From the NCBI GenBank assembly GCA_002499195.1, contig DAKS01000051.1, positions 1-62,010 of the forward strand: 62,010 nt of DNA. The letters are read 5' to 3'. The translations under genes were made by a program, and so were the position numbers. Numbering within the stretch: position 1 is the stretch's first letter; every line of letters starts with the position of its first letter. Source of the DNA: Euryarchaeota archaeon UBA443. GTDB lineage: Archaea > Thermoplasmatota > Poseidoniia > Poseidoniales > Poseidoniaceae. Shown here piece by piece: positions 10,901 through 20,213 of the stretch. Under the pieces are notes generated by a model, which saw only the letters and a program-made list of their open reading frames with translations, was not told where the DNA came from and made no database searches.

Positions 10901-12470
10901 GAACCATTGCAGGTGAGACCGCTTCCTCGCTTGGCCACATGCCGGTGGGGCGGAAGCCAAGTTCGTCTTCGAATAGGTCCATTCCTGTGATAAGGTGGTT
11001 TTGAACATCCTCTGGCCAAGCTTCCTTGTTGACACGAATTCCGTCCTCCATCGTCCAACCTTCCATCATTAGCAAAGGCATGATTGGGTGATAGTATGGA
11101 GTAGTTGTCAATTCGACTTGTCCATTTGCAGCAAGTTCACTATACATTGGCAAAACATTGCCCATGTGAGCATGTTGTGCATCAAGAACGTAATTTAAAT
11201 CATTCAATTCGTAGTTTCCACCTTGCATGAACAGGTCGATTAAACCCTGATCACGATGACTCAAATTGTATGTTCCTAAGACATAATCTGGTGAGAATTG
11301 ATACAGGTACCAAAGTACTTGCAGATCGAGGAAATCCTGAGGAGGAAGTAAATCATCATCCATTATCGTTGCAGGTTTGAGGTTATGGAGTGTTGCATCA
11401 TACAACTCCTTGTAGCGTTCACTCGAGGGGTGGAGCCAACCTAGTTTCGGGTCATCTGCCGATACGTTGTAGATCCAGCCACTGTTCCAAAAGGATTGGA
11501 ATTGCATCGTATGAAGTTCAAGATCGGTTGCATTTGGATAACCTCCTGTAGCCCATGAGCGTTTTGCGATATCCGTATGGACATCGAGTGTTTCTTGCTC
11601 GTGGTAATCAACGAGTTGCTCGATGAAAGAAGGAACAAGATTGTAGGTCACTTTAGTTCCAGTATCTGCGAGAATGCCAGGGGAATCAACGTATTCTGTC
11701 ATCGCATGAACCCGCACCCAAGGCATTTCGTACATTCCTGTGAGTTTGTTCTTGTAGTATGGTTGATGCTGATGGAAGACAATCGCCAGATTGAGTGCAT
11801 CATCAACCTTACCGGCTGCTGCTGGTTGAATAACAGGGAGTTGGTTTGGAATTGTAGCATTGTTCACATTCTCAATATGCCAAGCGTGCGTGAATGTCTC
11901 TGCACCATTATTGGTCGCAGGATTTTGTTCTGGGAAGGAGGACCAAACCTTTCCTTCGTCTTGCCATTGCGCGTAAATCATCACGTCGAGTGAAGTTGGA
12001 GATCCGAGTTCAGACCATGGAAGTGCAAACTCAGTGACCATATTGTCGCTCCATCCCGCATAAAGATCAACAACATAAGCGCTCTCAACCCATGCACTTC
12101 CGTCGTAAGAGATGAGGCGAAAGTACGAATCATCTTCGAGAACAAATCCGTAATCTGCAGCGAATGGAAGCGTATGTGAGAAGCCCCAATCCTTACTCAA
12201 TACAGATCCTTGTGTAGAGGTGTTGAGATAAACAAACAAATCCGCCCCCTCAAACGTTGATCCCCAATCCGTTCCGTTCCATCCAAAATAGAGATTTGAG
12301 GAATCCCATGTTAAATGCAGATCAACGTTGGTACTTGCCATCAAACTATCAGAGTTCCAATCGGCTAAATCACCATCCACTGTAATGTTTTCAGGAGTCA
12401 TACTTGAGACAAATCCGCCCATCGTAGAAGTTATAAAAAGGAGCGATAAAATCACAGCACTTCTCCGCAT
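7998..12470 (-). CDS. Membrane-anchored GH57 amylopullulanase with glucodextranase/DOMON-like and FN3-like domains
   Basis: Signal peptide; HQHQPYY, TPYYHPIMPL, GMWPSEEAVS, LDGENW, AEGSDWFWW GH57 motifs; D-x-x-GDExGDGDYIYP and NGFSHQIVQIYVD (glucodextranase-C); C-terminal TM helix. Confidence 0.9.
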   Translation of the reverse strand: MRRSAVILSLLFITSTMGGFVSSMTPENITVDGDLADWNSDSLMASTNVDLHLTWDSSNLYFGWNGTDWGSTFEGADLFVYLNTSTQGSVLSKDWGFSHTLPFAADYGFVLEDDSYFRLISYDGSAWVESAYVVDLYAGWSDNMVTEFALPWSELGSPTSLDVMIYAQWQDEGKVWSSFPEQNPATNNGAETFTHAWHIENVNNATIPNQLPVIQPAAAGKVDDALNLAIVFHQHQPYYKNKLTGMYEMPWVRVHAMTEYVDSPGILADTGTKVTYNLVPSFIEQLVDYHEQETLDVHTDIAKRSWATGGYPNATDLELHTMQFQSFWNSGWIYNVSADDPKLGWLHPSSERYKELYDATLHNLKPATIMDDDLLPPQDFLDLQVLWYLYQFSPDYVLGTYNLSHRDQGLIDLFMQGGNYELNDLNYVLDAQHAHMGNVLPMYSELAANGQVELTTTPYYHPIMPLLMMEGWTMEDGIRVNKEAWPEDVQNHLITGMDLFEDELGFRPTGMWPSEEAVSPAMVQPVTDVGIEWMVTDEEILKQSTNQNGDYIDVEDVTNLATPWKVTGEDGGEVAVIFRDRVISDRIAFQYGTMTPEAAVSDFIAYLDNIRQQLLDAGEDPSEHLLTVALDGENWMFMSEFQHQDNARPFMAEWYGRLATHPTIVTTTPSEFLESEPTLPEIQTIGTGSWIDGTLRTWAGEEEESLAWQRLVEARQQLVAFEEENPNDPGLEAAWESLYIAEGSDWFWWYGLDQDSGYDENWDVLFKVHLSNIYRAVNLDLPPYLQDLWTNPAVPSPAASSIIEPMIDGIALPGEWDGAARYDAPVEGAPFNIEEFYVGYDASNVFVRVDATTIEELENASLDGKSPDLALYFMQPNAVNFNEAETNFRTYYGNQILSFPAKYMVAFDFDTLRDDGRAKWNLFTAKGKSGDQEQWVLSASSSLGSCAVQDVYEFVIPWSEIGLAPRYSTRIKVVAALADSLAYGDGVDKEMAPPAPAEVVLPDLEEWVTLLELDDAIGDETGDGDYIYPLASDFATPNNGGLWDAKKLTIRQSAWNAQFILEMDEMTDIWSLSNGFSHQIVQIYVDQGQTTYGSTEMLDGANARIDDDWAWEVAISGTGEPGAVFAVQSETGSTSSRGIEVSGDVTAKTITFTVSKDVIGDDIPNYRYIIVIGSQDGFGTGKWRDVDETPSTWTLGGGSNPASDDGIDYDPNIIDMILDGTGQEEMLSSYDVDGHVYATLTGFEMPEIPQQIFGASIETVTSSSAVITWSTTVSDVTSIQYALSGQQPVDESTNRFETASGTDHAITLTDLEVGTSYWLFIQANATDDVILYFNTSSVVDETPPELLNLDSEVLEDGRIKITWYTSESSTEHVLIGTTSIHEDEFATKKNHEVITEAYANGDYIITVKSADASGNSNESSISVTIDLEIDNNNNPNPTSPNDSTDVNEDEKKASPLSNGIVQVGILITILVLLIAFVRVRNGEDGDDKWS

Positions 12471-12516
12471 GGCTCTACCGTAGAGATGATAATTTGAAAG
12501 GCTTTGCAAGAAAATA

Positions 12517-13770
12517 ATGGAGTCAAAACATGAAAGTGGGATCCTTTGTCATGTGACCTCTCTACCCAATCAGAAGTTATCCGATGGTTACCGATTCATC
12601 GACTGGCTTAATCAACACGGCTTTGCTTATTGGCAACTACTACCGCTAACTCCTCCAGACAAATATCGCTCACCATATGCTTCTCCCTCGGCTTTTGCTG
12701 GATGGGATCAATTGACAGAATCTAAACAGGTTCATTCAATACGAGAAGATGAATATTGGCTTCGTGATTGGGCATTATTTTGTGCCATCAAAGAAGATCA
12801 AGGCGGTAAGCCATGGTACGAATGGCCCGAGCCACTTAAGAATCGGGAACAACAGGCAATGGAACATTTTCAAGATAAACTTGAACCGTATGTTCAACAA
12901 CAACAAACCTTCGAGGCGGAGTGGCAAAAATTGAGACAATATGCCGCTAATAAAGGTGTAAAAATCATTGGTGATGTTCCAATATTCATTGCTCATGATT
13001 CCGCTGATGTTTGGGCTCATCAAGAATTATTCCAGCTTGATGAAAATGGATATCCGACCTACATTGCAGGCGTACCTCCTGATTATTTCAGTGAAACAGG
13101 GCAGGTCTGGGAAACCGTACTTTACGATTGGGAAGCCCATCGAAGTCAGAAATGGAAATGGTGGGAAGAACGAATGATGCGTATGTTCCGGATGTACGAT
13201 GTTGTCCGTATCGATCATTTTCGAGGTTTTCATTCCAATTGGGCGATTCCTTATCCGGAGGAACACGCTAGAAATGGACATTGGCAAGTTGGTCCACAAG
13301 ACGATTTGTTCGATCATCTGATGACACTAGTGTCCAGTTCAGAACAAATTATTGCAGAAGATTTGGGAATTATTCCTCATGAAGTTATCGAGTTTAGAAT
13401 GCGCCATAAATTACGCGGAATGGGTGTTCTTCAATTCGGTTTTTCGGGTGATATCAAGACCAATCCTCATCATCCCAATAACATCACAAGAGACCAGGTT
13501 GTTTACACTGGAACACACGATAACAATACTGCCTTGGGTTGGTTCGAATCAGCATCCAAAGAAGAAATTGAACAAGTCCTATCTCTTTCTACTACTGGTG
13601 AAAGCATCTCTGAGACTATGATTCGACTGGCCCAAAATTCACGTTCACCAATCTCGATTATTCCTCTCCAAGACTACCTTGGTTTGGGTGATGAGGCTCG
13701 TATGAACATCCCCGGGCAAAAGGGCGAAAATTGGGCATGGAAATTTACTTGGCAGGACCTTGACAGGTGA
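12517..13770 (+). CDS. malQ: 4-alpha-glucanotransferase (GH77, amylomaltase)
   Basis: SGILCHVTSLP, WQLLPL, GVPPDYFS, RIDHFRGF, IAEDLG, YTGTHDN, ARMNIPG. Confidence 0.93.
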   Translation: MESKHESGILCHVTSLPNQKLSDGYRFIDWLNQHGFAYWQLLPLTPPDKYRSPYASPSAFAGWDQLTESKQVHSIREDEYWLRDWALFCAIKEDQGGKPWYEWPEPLKNREQQAMEHFQDKLEPYVQQQQTFEAEWQKLRQYAANKGVKIIGDVPIFIAHDSADVWAHQELFQLDENGYPTYIAGVPPDYFSETGQVWETVLYDWEAHRSQKWKWWEERMMRMFRMYDVVRIDHFRGFHSNWAIPYPEEHARNGHWQVGPQDDLFDHLMTLVSSSEQIIAEDLGIIPHEVIEFRMRHKLRGMGVLQFGFSGDIKTNPHHPNNITRDQVVYTGTHDNNTALGWFESASKEEIEQVLSLSTTGESISETMIRLAQNSRSPISIIPLQDYLGLGDEARMNIPGQKGENWAWKFTWQDLDR

Positions 13771-13815
13771 CTTGCGATACGTATAACTCATAACCTGATT
13801 AGATGAGCAAAGGGT

Positions 13816-15465
13816 ATGCCTGTGGTGGGGTATTTTACGGCCGAGATTGGCCTTTGGTCAGAACTTCATACGTATTCAGGCGGTTTGGGAGTCTTAGCCG
13901 GTGACCACGTAAAATCAGCTGCTGACGCTGGTATTCCACTCGTTGGTATCACGCTGCTCTACCACCAAGGCTATGCGCGTCAACACATCGATTACGATGG
14001 TATTCAAACAGAAACATTCCCTGAGTTTGATCCAAGCGAATATCTATCCAAAACCGATATTGTCATCACTTTACAACTTGATGGTAAAACACTTATCGCA
14101 TATATTTGGAAGGCAGACATCATCGGTCAATCAGGCCATATCGTTCCTGTATATTTCATTGATACACGTCATCCCGCAAATTCACCTGAACATCAAGCAC
14201 TCTCATCACGACTTTACGGCGGAGATGATGATGTACGTATTCGTCAAGAATACGTACTTGGAGTAGGTGGAGTTCAATTGTTTGATCATCTCGATGAAGA
14301 ACTTAGTGGACTACACTTGAACGAAGGACACTGTACATTCGCTATGCTCGAACTCTTGAGTCGTGGTTGGAGTCGTGAAGTTCTTGCACAGCGTAGTCTC
14401 TTCACGACTCATACGCCCGTACCTGCTGGCCATGACCGCTTTGAATGGTCATTGGTCGAAGATGTAATTAGAGACCTGTTACCTAATGATGCCAAACAAT
14501 TGGTGCAGAATGCTGGTGATTCAGAGAACGGTGCTCGATGTTCAATGTCTCACCTTGCCGTAGCTCTTTCAACATCGGTAAACGCTGTTTCCAAATTGAA
14601 TGCAGATGTTGCCATGACAATGTTTGACGATCAAATCATTCAACCGATTACCAACGGCGTTCATCACATTACGTGGACTTCGCCTGTGATGACATCACTT
14701 TACGACAAACATTTGAACGGATGGAGATCTCAACCCAGTTCTATTGCACATGCAAGCACCTTACCGACAGATGATTTGCTTATTGCACGCTCGGCAGCAC
14801 GCAAAGAACTTCGAGAATACGTTCGTTCAAACACTGGTGTTGAACTCTCAGCAGATCGACTTACAATCGGATTTGCTCGACGATTTGCAACCTATAAGAG
14901 AGCAAATCTAGTGTTCAAGGATTTGCAACGTCTTCGAAGTATCGGTGCTGGAAAGATTCAGTTTGTATTCTCAGGAAAAGCTCACCCAAGAGACAAGGGC
15001 GGTAAACAACTCATTCGCGATATCTTCGAATCAGCAGGACAAATCGCCGATGAAATTCCGGTAGCATTCATTGAGAATTATAATATGAAAACAGGTTTGA
15101 TGATGACCAGTGGTGTCGATATATGGCTCAATAATCCAATCCGTCCGATGGAAGCATCGGGAACATCGGGAATGAAAGCAGCGATGAATGGAGTCCCGAA
15201 TTGTTCAATCCTCGATGGCTGGTGGCCAGAGGCTTGTATTCACGGCGTTAATGGATGGGCGATTGGTAATGCTGAAGACAATCGTGATGATGGCCGAGAT
15301 GCGAACAACATCTACAATGTCTTGGAACACGATGTCCTCCCTCTATGGGAAGGAGATGATGATGCATGGGCAGAGATGATGAAGGCCAGTATCGCTGTAT
15401 CATCTGGATTTACTGGTCATCGTATGATTCAAGATTATCTCGAATTCTACAACCAATTTTCATGA
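13816..15465 (+). CDS. glgP: Alpha-glucan (glycogen/maltodextrin) phosphorylase, GT35, short type
   Basis: YSGGLGVLAGDH, HLNEGH, FTTHTPVPAGHD, ITNGVH, GFARRFATYKR, EASGTSGMK. Confidence 0.93.
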   Translation: MPVVGYFTAEIGLWSELHTYSGGLGVLAGDHVKSAADAGIPLVGITLLYHQGYARQHIDYDGIQTETFPEFDPSEYLSKTDIVITLQLDGKTLIAYIWKADIIGQSGHIVPVYFIDTRHPANSPEHQALSSRLYGGDDDVRIRQEYVLGVGGVQLFDHLDEELSGLHLNEGHCTFAMLELLSRGWSREVLAQRSLFTTHTPVPAGHDRFEWSLVEDVIRDLLPNDAKQLVQNAGDSENGARCSMSHLAVALSTSVNAVSKLNADVAMTMFDDQIIQPITNGVHHITWTSPVMTSLYDKHLNGWRSQPSSIAHASTLPTDDLLIARSAARKELREYVRSNTGVELSADRLTIGFARRFATYKRANLVFKDLQRLRSIGAGKIQFVFSGKAHPRDKGGKQLIRDIFESAGQIADEIPVAFIENYNMKTGLMMTSGVDIWLNNPIRPMEASGTSGMKAAMNGVPNCSILDGWWPEACIHGVNGWAIGNAEDNRDDGRDANNIYNVLEHDVLPLWEGDDDAWAEMMKASIAVSSGFTGHRMIQDYLEFYNQFS

Positions 15466-18167
15466 TCGTTCAAATCAGGATTGAAGACTTCTTCATCTGT
15501 TGCTTTACTCCTCGAGAAGATTAGTATTAGCACTACGATGACGATACCTCCAATCAGCAATGATTGTGTCAATTGAACTGTGGATGACTTTGTATCACTG
15601 CCCTCGGCCTCATCACAAGCCGAACAAGCAGGAGTAGGACATGGTTCATCGATACTGACCTCGAATGTATCCCCACAGCATCCTTCACAAGTTTTCATTT
15701 CCCCTGAAGTCGATTGATTCCCATCCGTTTCATTGTTTGGATCAGGATTTTGTGTTTCATTGTTCGTGTTTGTTTGATTTGTCGTGTTATTGGATTCATT
15801 TTGCTGGTTGTCATCCTCTTCATACTCGCAATCACCATCATCGATGGTAGCATCTGAGTCATAATTCAATGCGAGCGAGTCCATACAACCTGGGACATCG
15901 ATCACAGGATAGGTACAACTCCCATCATCTTCGGTAGCATCAACGTTGTAATTTGTTGCCGATGAATCTGTACAACCAGTAACTGGTTCAACTGGATAGG
16001 TACAGGAACCATCGTCTTCTGTTGCACTCGAATCATAATTGATTGCCGATTCATCAGTACATCCATACACTGGACTTACGATATCATCCACATCGAGTTC
16101 TACAACCGTCACCGAATGTGCACCAATTGTAAGCGTTCCATTTTGCAGTGATGAGGAACCAAATCTAACAACATCGTTGCCAGCAAATCCGGATACTGTA
16201 GTTGGAGCACCTCGATTAAGAACGACCGACATAACTTGATCATCATGCGTCATGTTGTAGACAAGAAGGTTCGCCATTGCTAATCTTGTACTGTATTCTC
16301 CGCGCTGTAATGCAATGGAATTGGAACGTAATTTCCCGAGTTCGGAAATGTTCTCGAACAGTTCGGTCTCCATCGAACTCCACGAACTTTCATTACGATA
16401 CATGTGTCGATTATCTGGGTCTGCGCCTCCATATTCGCCGTACTCATCACCATAGTAGAGCAAGGGGGCACCGGGTGTTGTCAACAACCAACCATAGGCC
16501 TGCATAGCGGCATTGTAAGCCGATACATCTCCTGGTTGACCCGGTAGGCCATCCTCTGACCATTGATTGAAAGCATCGTTAGTTCCTGTATCTGCTCGAC
16601 TTGTTAATCGAGGTACATCATGACTACCAACATAAGGGACCATTATCGAACCGTCAACGTATTGATCTTGACTTCGATTGGTCCAATAGTCTAGATGCTG
16701 ATAATTTTCATTGCCTGAGACGAAGACATTGTCGACAACTGCATGATACAATACGAAGTCAGCTTGACCATCCAATCCATCCAGGCCCATGTAGGAATTA
16801 ATCGCTCCATATTGCTCTTGATTATCCTGAAGTGAGTGTCCTGCCCATCCCATCGCAGTCTCGCCCTTGAGATAGTAATCCGTACCGACGGTTTCGAATC
16901 GTTCATTCACTTGAGCAACCATATTTCGTGTTGCTATATCTTCAACATGCTTGACCGCATCGATGCGAAGACCATCAAGGTCATAGGTTTCAAGCCACCA
17001 CAAAGCATCATCAATGAATTGCTCAGAAGCATTACGAACCTTCCAATTGACATCAGGCATATAGGAAGTGAATTGGCAATCTAGGCGATGCTCGGTCCAA
17101 TCACAATTCGAGGTTCCACAGATACAACCTGCATTGAACCATTCAGGATTTTCTTCATGATAGGTATGTTGTTCATGAACGTGGTTAACAACAAAATCCA
17201 TCATAACACGGATGTCTCGATCGTGAGCAGCCTCAACCAATGCATGGAGTTCATCAGCAGTACCAAGTTTCGGTTCAATACCTCGAGGCTCGGTTGGCCA
17301 ATAACCATGGAAAGCAGAAACATCGTGAACTCCATCCGCTGCCTTACCTGTCCCTTCAGCTGCCGTATTAAATGGAGAAAGCCATAGTGCTCCAACACCT
17401 AATTCCTCAAAGTAACCGGATTCGATCATCTGCGTTACACCTGCGAAATCTCCACCTTGCCAGTCCGCACCCTGTGCTGCTCCTGTTAGTGTTTCATCGT
17501 TTGACGTATTTCCGTTGACAAATCGGTCTGTCATAACCATGTAAATCAACGCGTCTTGCCATTCAAAATCTGAACTTGCACCGGTCCAAAAAGGGATAAG
17601 AAGATCGTAAGCAGGATTTCCTTCAACATCAAATCCATCGATTTTGAAAGTATGCTTACCATCCTCTAGACCACTCACATCATACGTCCAAGTGAGATAT
17701 TGAGAATCCCAAACAGCACCGCTTAGATTCGAAGGAACTCCATCGAATGCTGCTCCCGATGAACCTGGATGATATGTAACGACCAACGATTGTGATACAA
17801 GTTCAGCACTGAACTGTGGACGTGTATGATCACGAACACGAACAAGAGAATTCTCTATTCCTCCACAATAGGAACGCTCAGGATTTGTTGGATCGAATAC
17901 ATATTGCCCATCAACGATGAATTTGTAGCAATATAGGCCTTCTTCCAACTCAATTTCTCCAGTCCAAATACCGTTTTGTTCAACCATCGGAACCGGTTCA
18001 CTCCAGTTCCATTCACCAACTACCGAGACCTCGGTTGCAAACCCCTTGAACGAGAAGGAAGTCATGGCTGATGGTGCAGGGGATGTCGCCTCAACTTCGT
18101 TAGAAGTGAGAGGAGAAAAGACTACTAGGAGCATGAGCAGAATGAGAAATCGTGCAATTAATTTCAT
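15447..18167 (-). CDS. Secreted, membrane-anchored GH13 alpha-amylase family protein with N-terminal CBM48-like domain and C-terminal Cys/Asp repeats
   Basis: Signal peptide; YKFIVDG (CBM48); DRFVNG, FHGYW, DFVVNH, GLRIDAVKH, GET, SHD GH13 regions; C-terminal TM helix. Confidence 0.9.
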   Translation of the reverse strand: MKLIARFLILLMLLVVFSPLTSNEVEATSPAPSAMTSFSFKGFATEVSVVGEWNWSEPVPMVEQNGIWTGEIELEEGLYCYKFIVDGQYVFDPTNPERSYCGGIENSLVRVRDHTRPQFSAELVSQSLVVTYHPGSSGAAFDGVPSNLSGAVWDSQYLTWTYDVSGLEDGKHTFKIDGFDVEGNPAYDLLIPFWTGASSDFEWQDALIYMVMTDRFVNGNTSNDETLTGAAQGADWQGGDFAGVTQMIESGYFEELGVGALWLSPFNTAAEGTGKAADGVHDVSAFHGYWPTEPRGIEPKLGTADELHALVEAAHDRDIRVMMDFVVNHVHEQHTYHEENPEWFNAGCICGTSNCDWTEHRLDCQFTSYMPDVNWKVRNASEQFIDDALWWLETYDLDGLRIDAVKHVEDIATRNMVAQVNERFETVGTDYYLKGETAMGWAGHSLQDNQEQYGAINSYMGLDGLDGQADFVLYHAVVDNVFVSGNENYQHLDYWTNRSQDQYVDGSIMVPYVGSHDVPRLTSRADTGTNDAFNQWSEDGLPGQPGDVSAYNAAMQAYGWLLTTPGAPLLYYGDEYGEYGGADPDNRHMYRNESSWSSMETELFENISELGKLRSNSIALQRGEYSTRLAMANLLVYNMTHDDQVMSVVLNRGAPTTVSGFAGNDVVRFGSSSLQNGTLTIGAHSVTVVELDVDDIVSPVYGCTDESAINYDSSATEDDGSCTYPVEPVTGCTDSSATNYNVDATEDDGSCTYPVIDVPGCMDSLALNYDSDATIDDGDCEYEEDDNQQNESNNTTNQTNTNNETQNPDPNNETDGNQSTSGEMKTCEGCCGDTFEVSIDEPCPTPACSACDEAEGSDTKSSTVQLTQSLLIGGIVIVVLILIFSRSKATDEEVFNPDLNDHENWL
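15820..16070 (-). repeat. Three tandem GC[TM]DxxAxNYxxxATxDDGxC repeats in the GH13 stalk
   Basis: GCTDESAINYDSSATEDDGSC / GCTDSSATNYNVDATEDDGSC / GCMDSLALNYDSDATIDDGDC. Confidence 0.9.
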
Positions 18168-18961
18168 TCGTTCAACTCCTTTGTTTGATCTGATTTCTTG
18201 AACAATGAATTTGCAGTGTCGACCAAATCATCGATGTGTTTGCAAAGGAATGACTGTACGAATTCGTTTGCTGGGTGATGATATGCATCCATTGGAGCGC
18301 AATGCTGTTGCAATTCTCCCTTATCAAGAATGGCGATTCTATCAGCGAGTGTCATCGCTTCAATCTGATCGTGAGTGACATAAATCGTAGTAGTTCCCAA
18401 CTCGTCATGAAGACGACGGATTTCATTTCGCATCTGATGACGTAATTCGGCATCTAGATTCGACAGTGGTTCATCCATTAGGAGAACTTTTGGGCGTCGG
18501 ACTAAAGCGCGTCCAAGTGCAACTCGTTGACGTTGCCCCCCACTGAGTTCTTTCGGTTTCTTGGCAAGATGTTCCTTAAGCTCCAACAAGGTACCAATTT
18601 CATCGACACGGGATGTGATTTCGTCTTCAGTCAACTTATCACTTCCTTTCATCATCCTCAATCCAAACGCAAGATTATCTCGAATTGTCATGTGAGGATA
18701 TAGTGCATAAGATTGGAAAACCATACCAAGACCTCGTGCTCCCGCAGGAAGATGATTGACCTTCATCCCATCGATGAGAATGTTTCCTTCAGTTATATCT
18801 TCCAAGCCAGCAAGCATACGAAGCGTTGTTGATTTTCCACATCCAGACGGGCCGAGTAAGACCAAGAATTCCTTATCCTTAATTTCTAAGTTCAAATTTT
18901 GAACGGCTTGGAAACCGTCATCATATCGCTTGTTCACTTGTTCAAATTGTACACTTACCAT
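18164..18961 (-). CDS. malK: Sugar ABC transporter ATP-binding protein (MalK-like, short C-terminus)
   Basis: GPSGCGKST, VFQSYALYPHM, LSGGQRQRVALGRA, DEPLSNLDA, YVTHDQIEAM. Confidence 0.9.
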   Translation of the reverse strand: MVSVQFEQVNKRYDDGFQAVQNLNLEIKDKEFLVLLGPSGCGKSTTLRMLAGLEDITEGNILIDGMKVNHLPAGARGLGMVFQSYALYPHMTIRDNLAFGLRMMKGSDKLTEDEITSRVDEIGTLLELKEHLAKKPKELSGGQRQRVALGRALVRRPKVLLMDEPLSNLDAELRHQMRNEIRRLHDELGTTTIYVTHDQIEAMTLADRIAILDKGELQQHCAPMDAYHHPANEFVQSFLCKHIDDLVDTANSLFKKSDQTKELNE

Positions 18962-18965
18962 ATTC

Positions 18966-20213
18966 TCACCCTTTTACGCCACCTGCGGATAAACCATCGA
19001 TCAAAAATTTCTGGAAGAAAAGGAAAAGGAGAGCAACTGGTAAACTCACCAGCAAGCTTGCTGCAGCAAAATCTCCCCACGCTTGACCTGTTGATGAAAT
19101 CAGCGAGGCCAATCCTACTGGAAGTGTGTACATATCATTGGAGGTATTGAAGGTCAATGCTAGAAGAAATTCATTCCAGGCGGCAAGAAAACTGAACAAA
19201 GCTGTTACAGCGATTGCAGGTGTTGATAGTGGCAATACGACTTTTGTGAATACCTGAAACTGATTGCATCCATCCAATGCAGCAGCCTCTTCAAGTTCTC
19301 GTGGAATAGTATCGAAAAATCCTTTCAACATCCAAACGCACAAAGGTAAGGCTGTAACACAATATGCTAGAATAAGGCCAAGATGTGTATTGAGCAATCC
19401 AAGTGTTTTCATCACCAAGAAATATGGTACGAGAATAATGATTCCAGGAAACATTTGTACCAAGAGGAAGGAAAACATGGAGGCGTTCCTTCCAGTAAAC
19501 TTGTAGCGACTAAATGCATAACCTGCAGGAATTGCAATGAATAAACCGAGCAAAGCAGTTCCGATGCTGACGATTAGAGAATTGACAAACCATGTCCAAA
19601 ATGATTCACCGTTCAGAATCTTTGAGAAATGTTCAGTTGTAAATGAATCTCCAATTTGTCCACCGAGAGCATTTCCCTCTGAAAATGCTATGTCGATGAT
19701 CCATATCAACGGAATAACGGTAATGGCGACGAAATGTAGCAATGTGATATGTGTTGAAACAGTATCGTATTGTTTGCTAAGATTCGCATTGCGCATCAAT
19801 CCGTATTCAATTGCTGAATCAGATAGATTTCTTGAGGTCCAAACCGTCACAGGACGTCCTGATAACCAGTAAAGAGACAATCCGGAAGGAATGATCGCCC
19901 AACAATGAAGCCAAATGTTGAACATTGTTGGTTTCGTAATCATAAGCCGGTAGAAACCAATACCAAGCAATATTGCACTGAGTAACAATGCAATATTTCG
20001 ACGGGTCTGATCGTTAACCTCAGGGAGAGAAGTGCGAAGTGCTGCAAAAAGTAGGCACGAAAGGATTCCAAGCATCAGTAATTCTGAATCTGCTCGGAGA
20101 TAATCAACGGTTAGAAGAAGCACATTGACAACAAAGGCAGCAACAATCCAACGCCTTAGCGTAACGATTTCAACAGGAACATACCATGAACGCATGCTAA
20201 CAGAATCGCTCAT
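18966..20213 (-). CDS. malG: Sugar ABC transporter permease (MalG-like) with extra N-terminal TM domain
   Basis: AGYAFSRYKF, IPRELEEAAALDG (EAA loop), AWNEF, TLPVGL, C-terminal GLSAGGVKG. Confidence 0.88.
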   Translation of the reverse strand: MSDSVSMRSWYVPVEIVTLRRWIVAAFVVNVLLLTVDYLRADSELLMLGILSCLLFAALRTSLPEVNDQTRRNIALLLSAILLGIGFYRLMITKPTMFNIWLHCWAIIPSGLSLYWLSGRPVTVWTSRNLSDSAIEYGLMRNANLSKQYDTVSTHITLLHFVAITVIPLIWIIDIAFSEGNALGGQIGDSFTTEHFSKILNGESFWTWFVNSLIVSIGTALLGLFIAIPAGYAFSRYKFTGRNASMFSFLLVQMFPGIIILVPYFLVMKTLGLLNTHLGLILAYCVTALPLCVWMLKGFFDTIPRELEEAAALDGCNQFQVFTKVVLPLSTPAIAVTALFSFLAAWNEFLLALTFNTSNDMYTLPVGLASLISSTGQAWGDFAAASLLVSLPVALLFLFFQKFLIDGLSAGGVKG

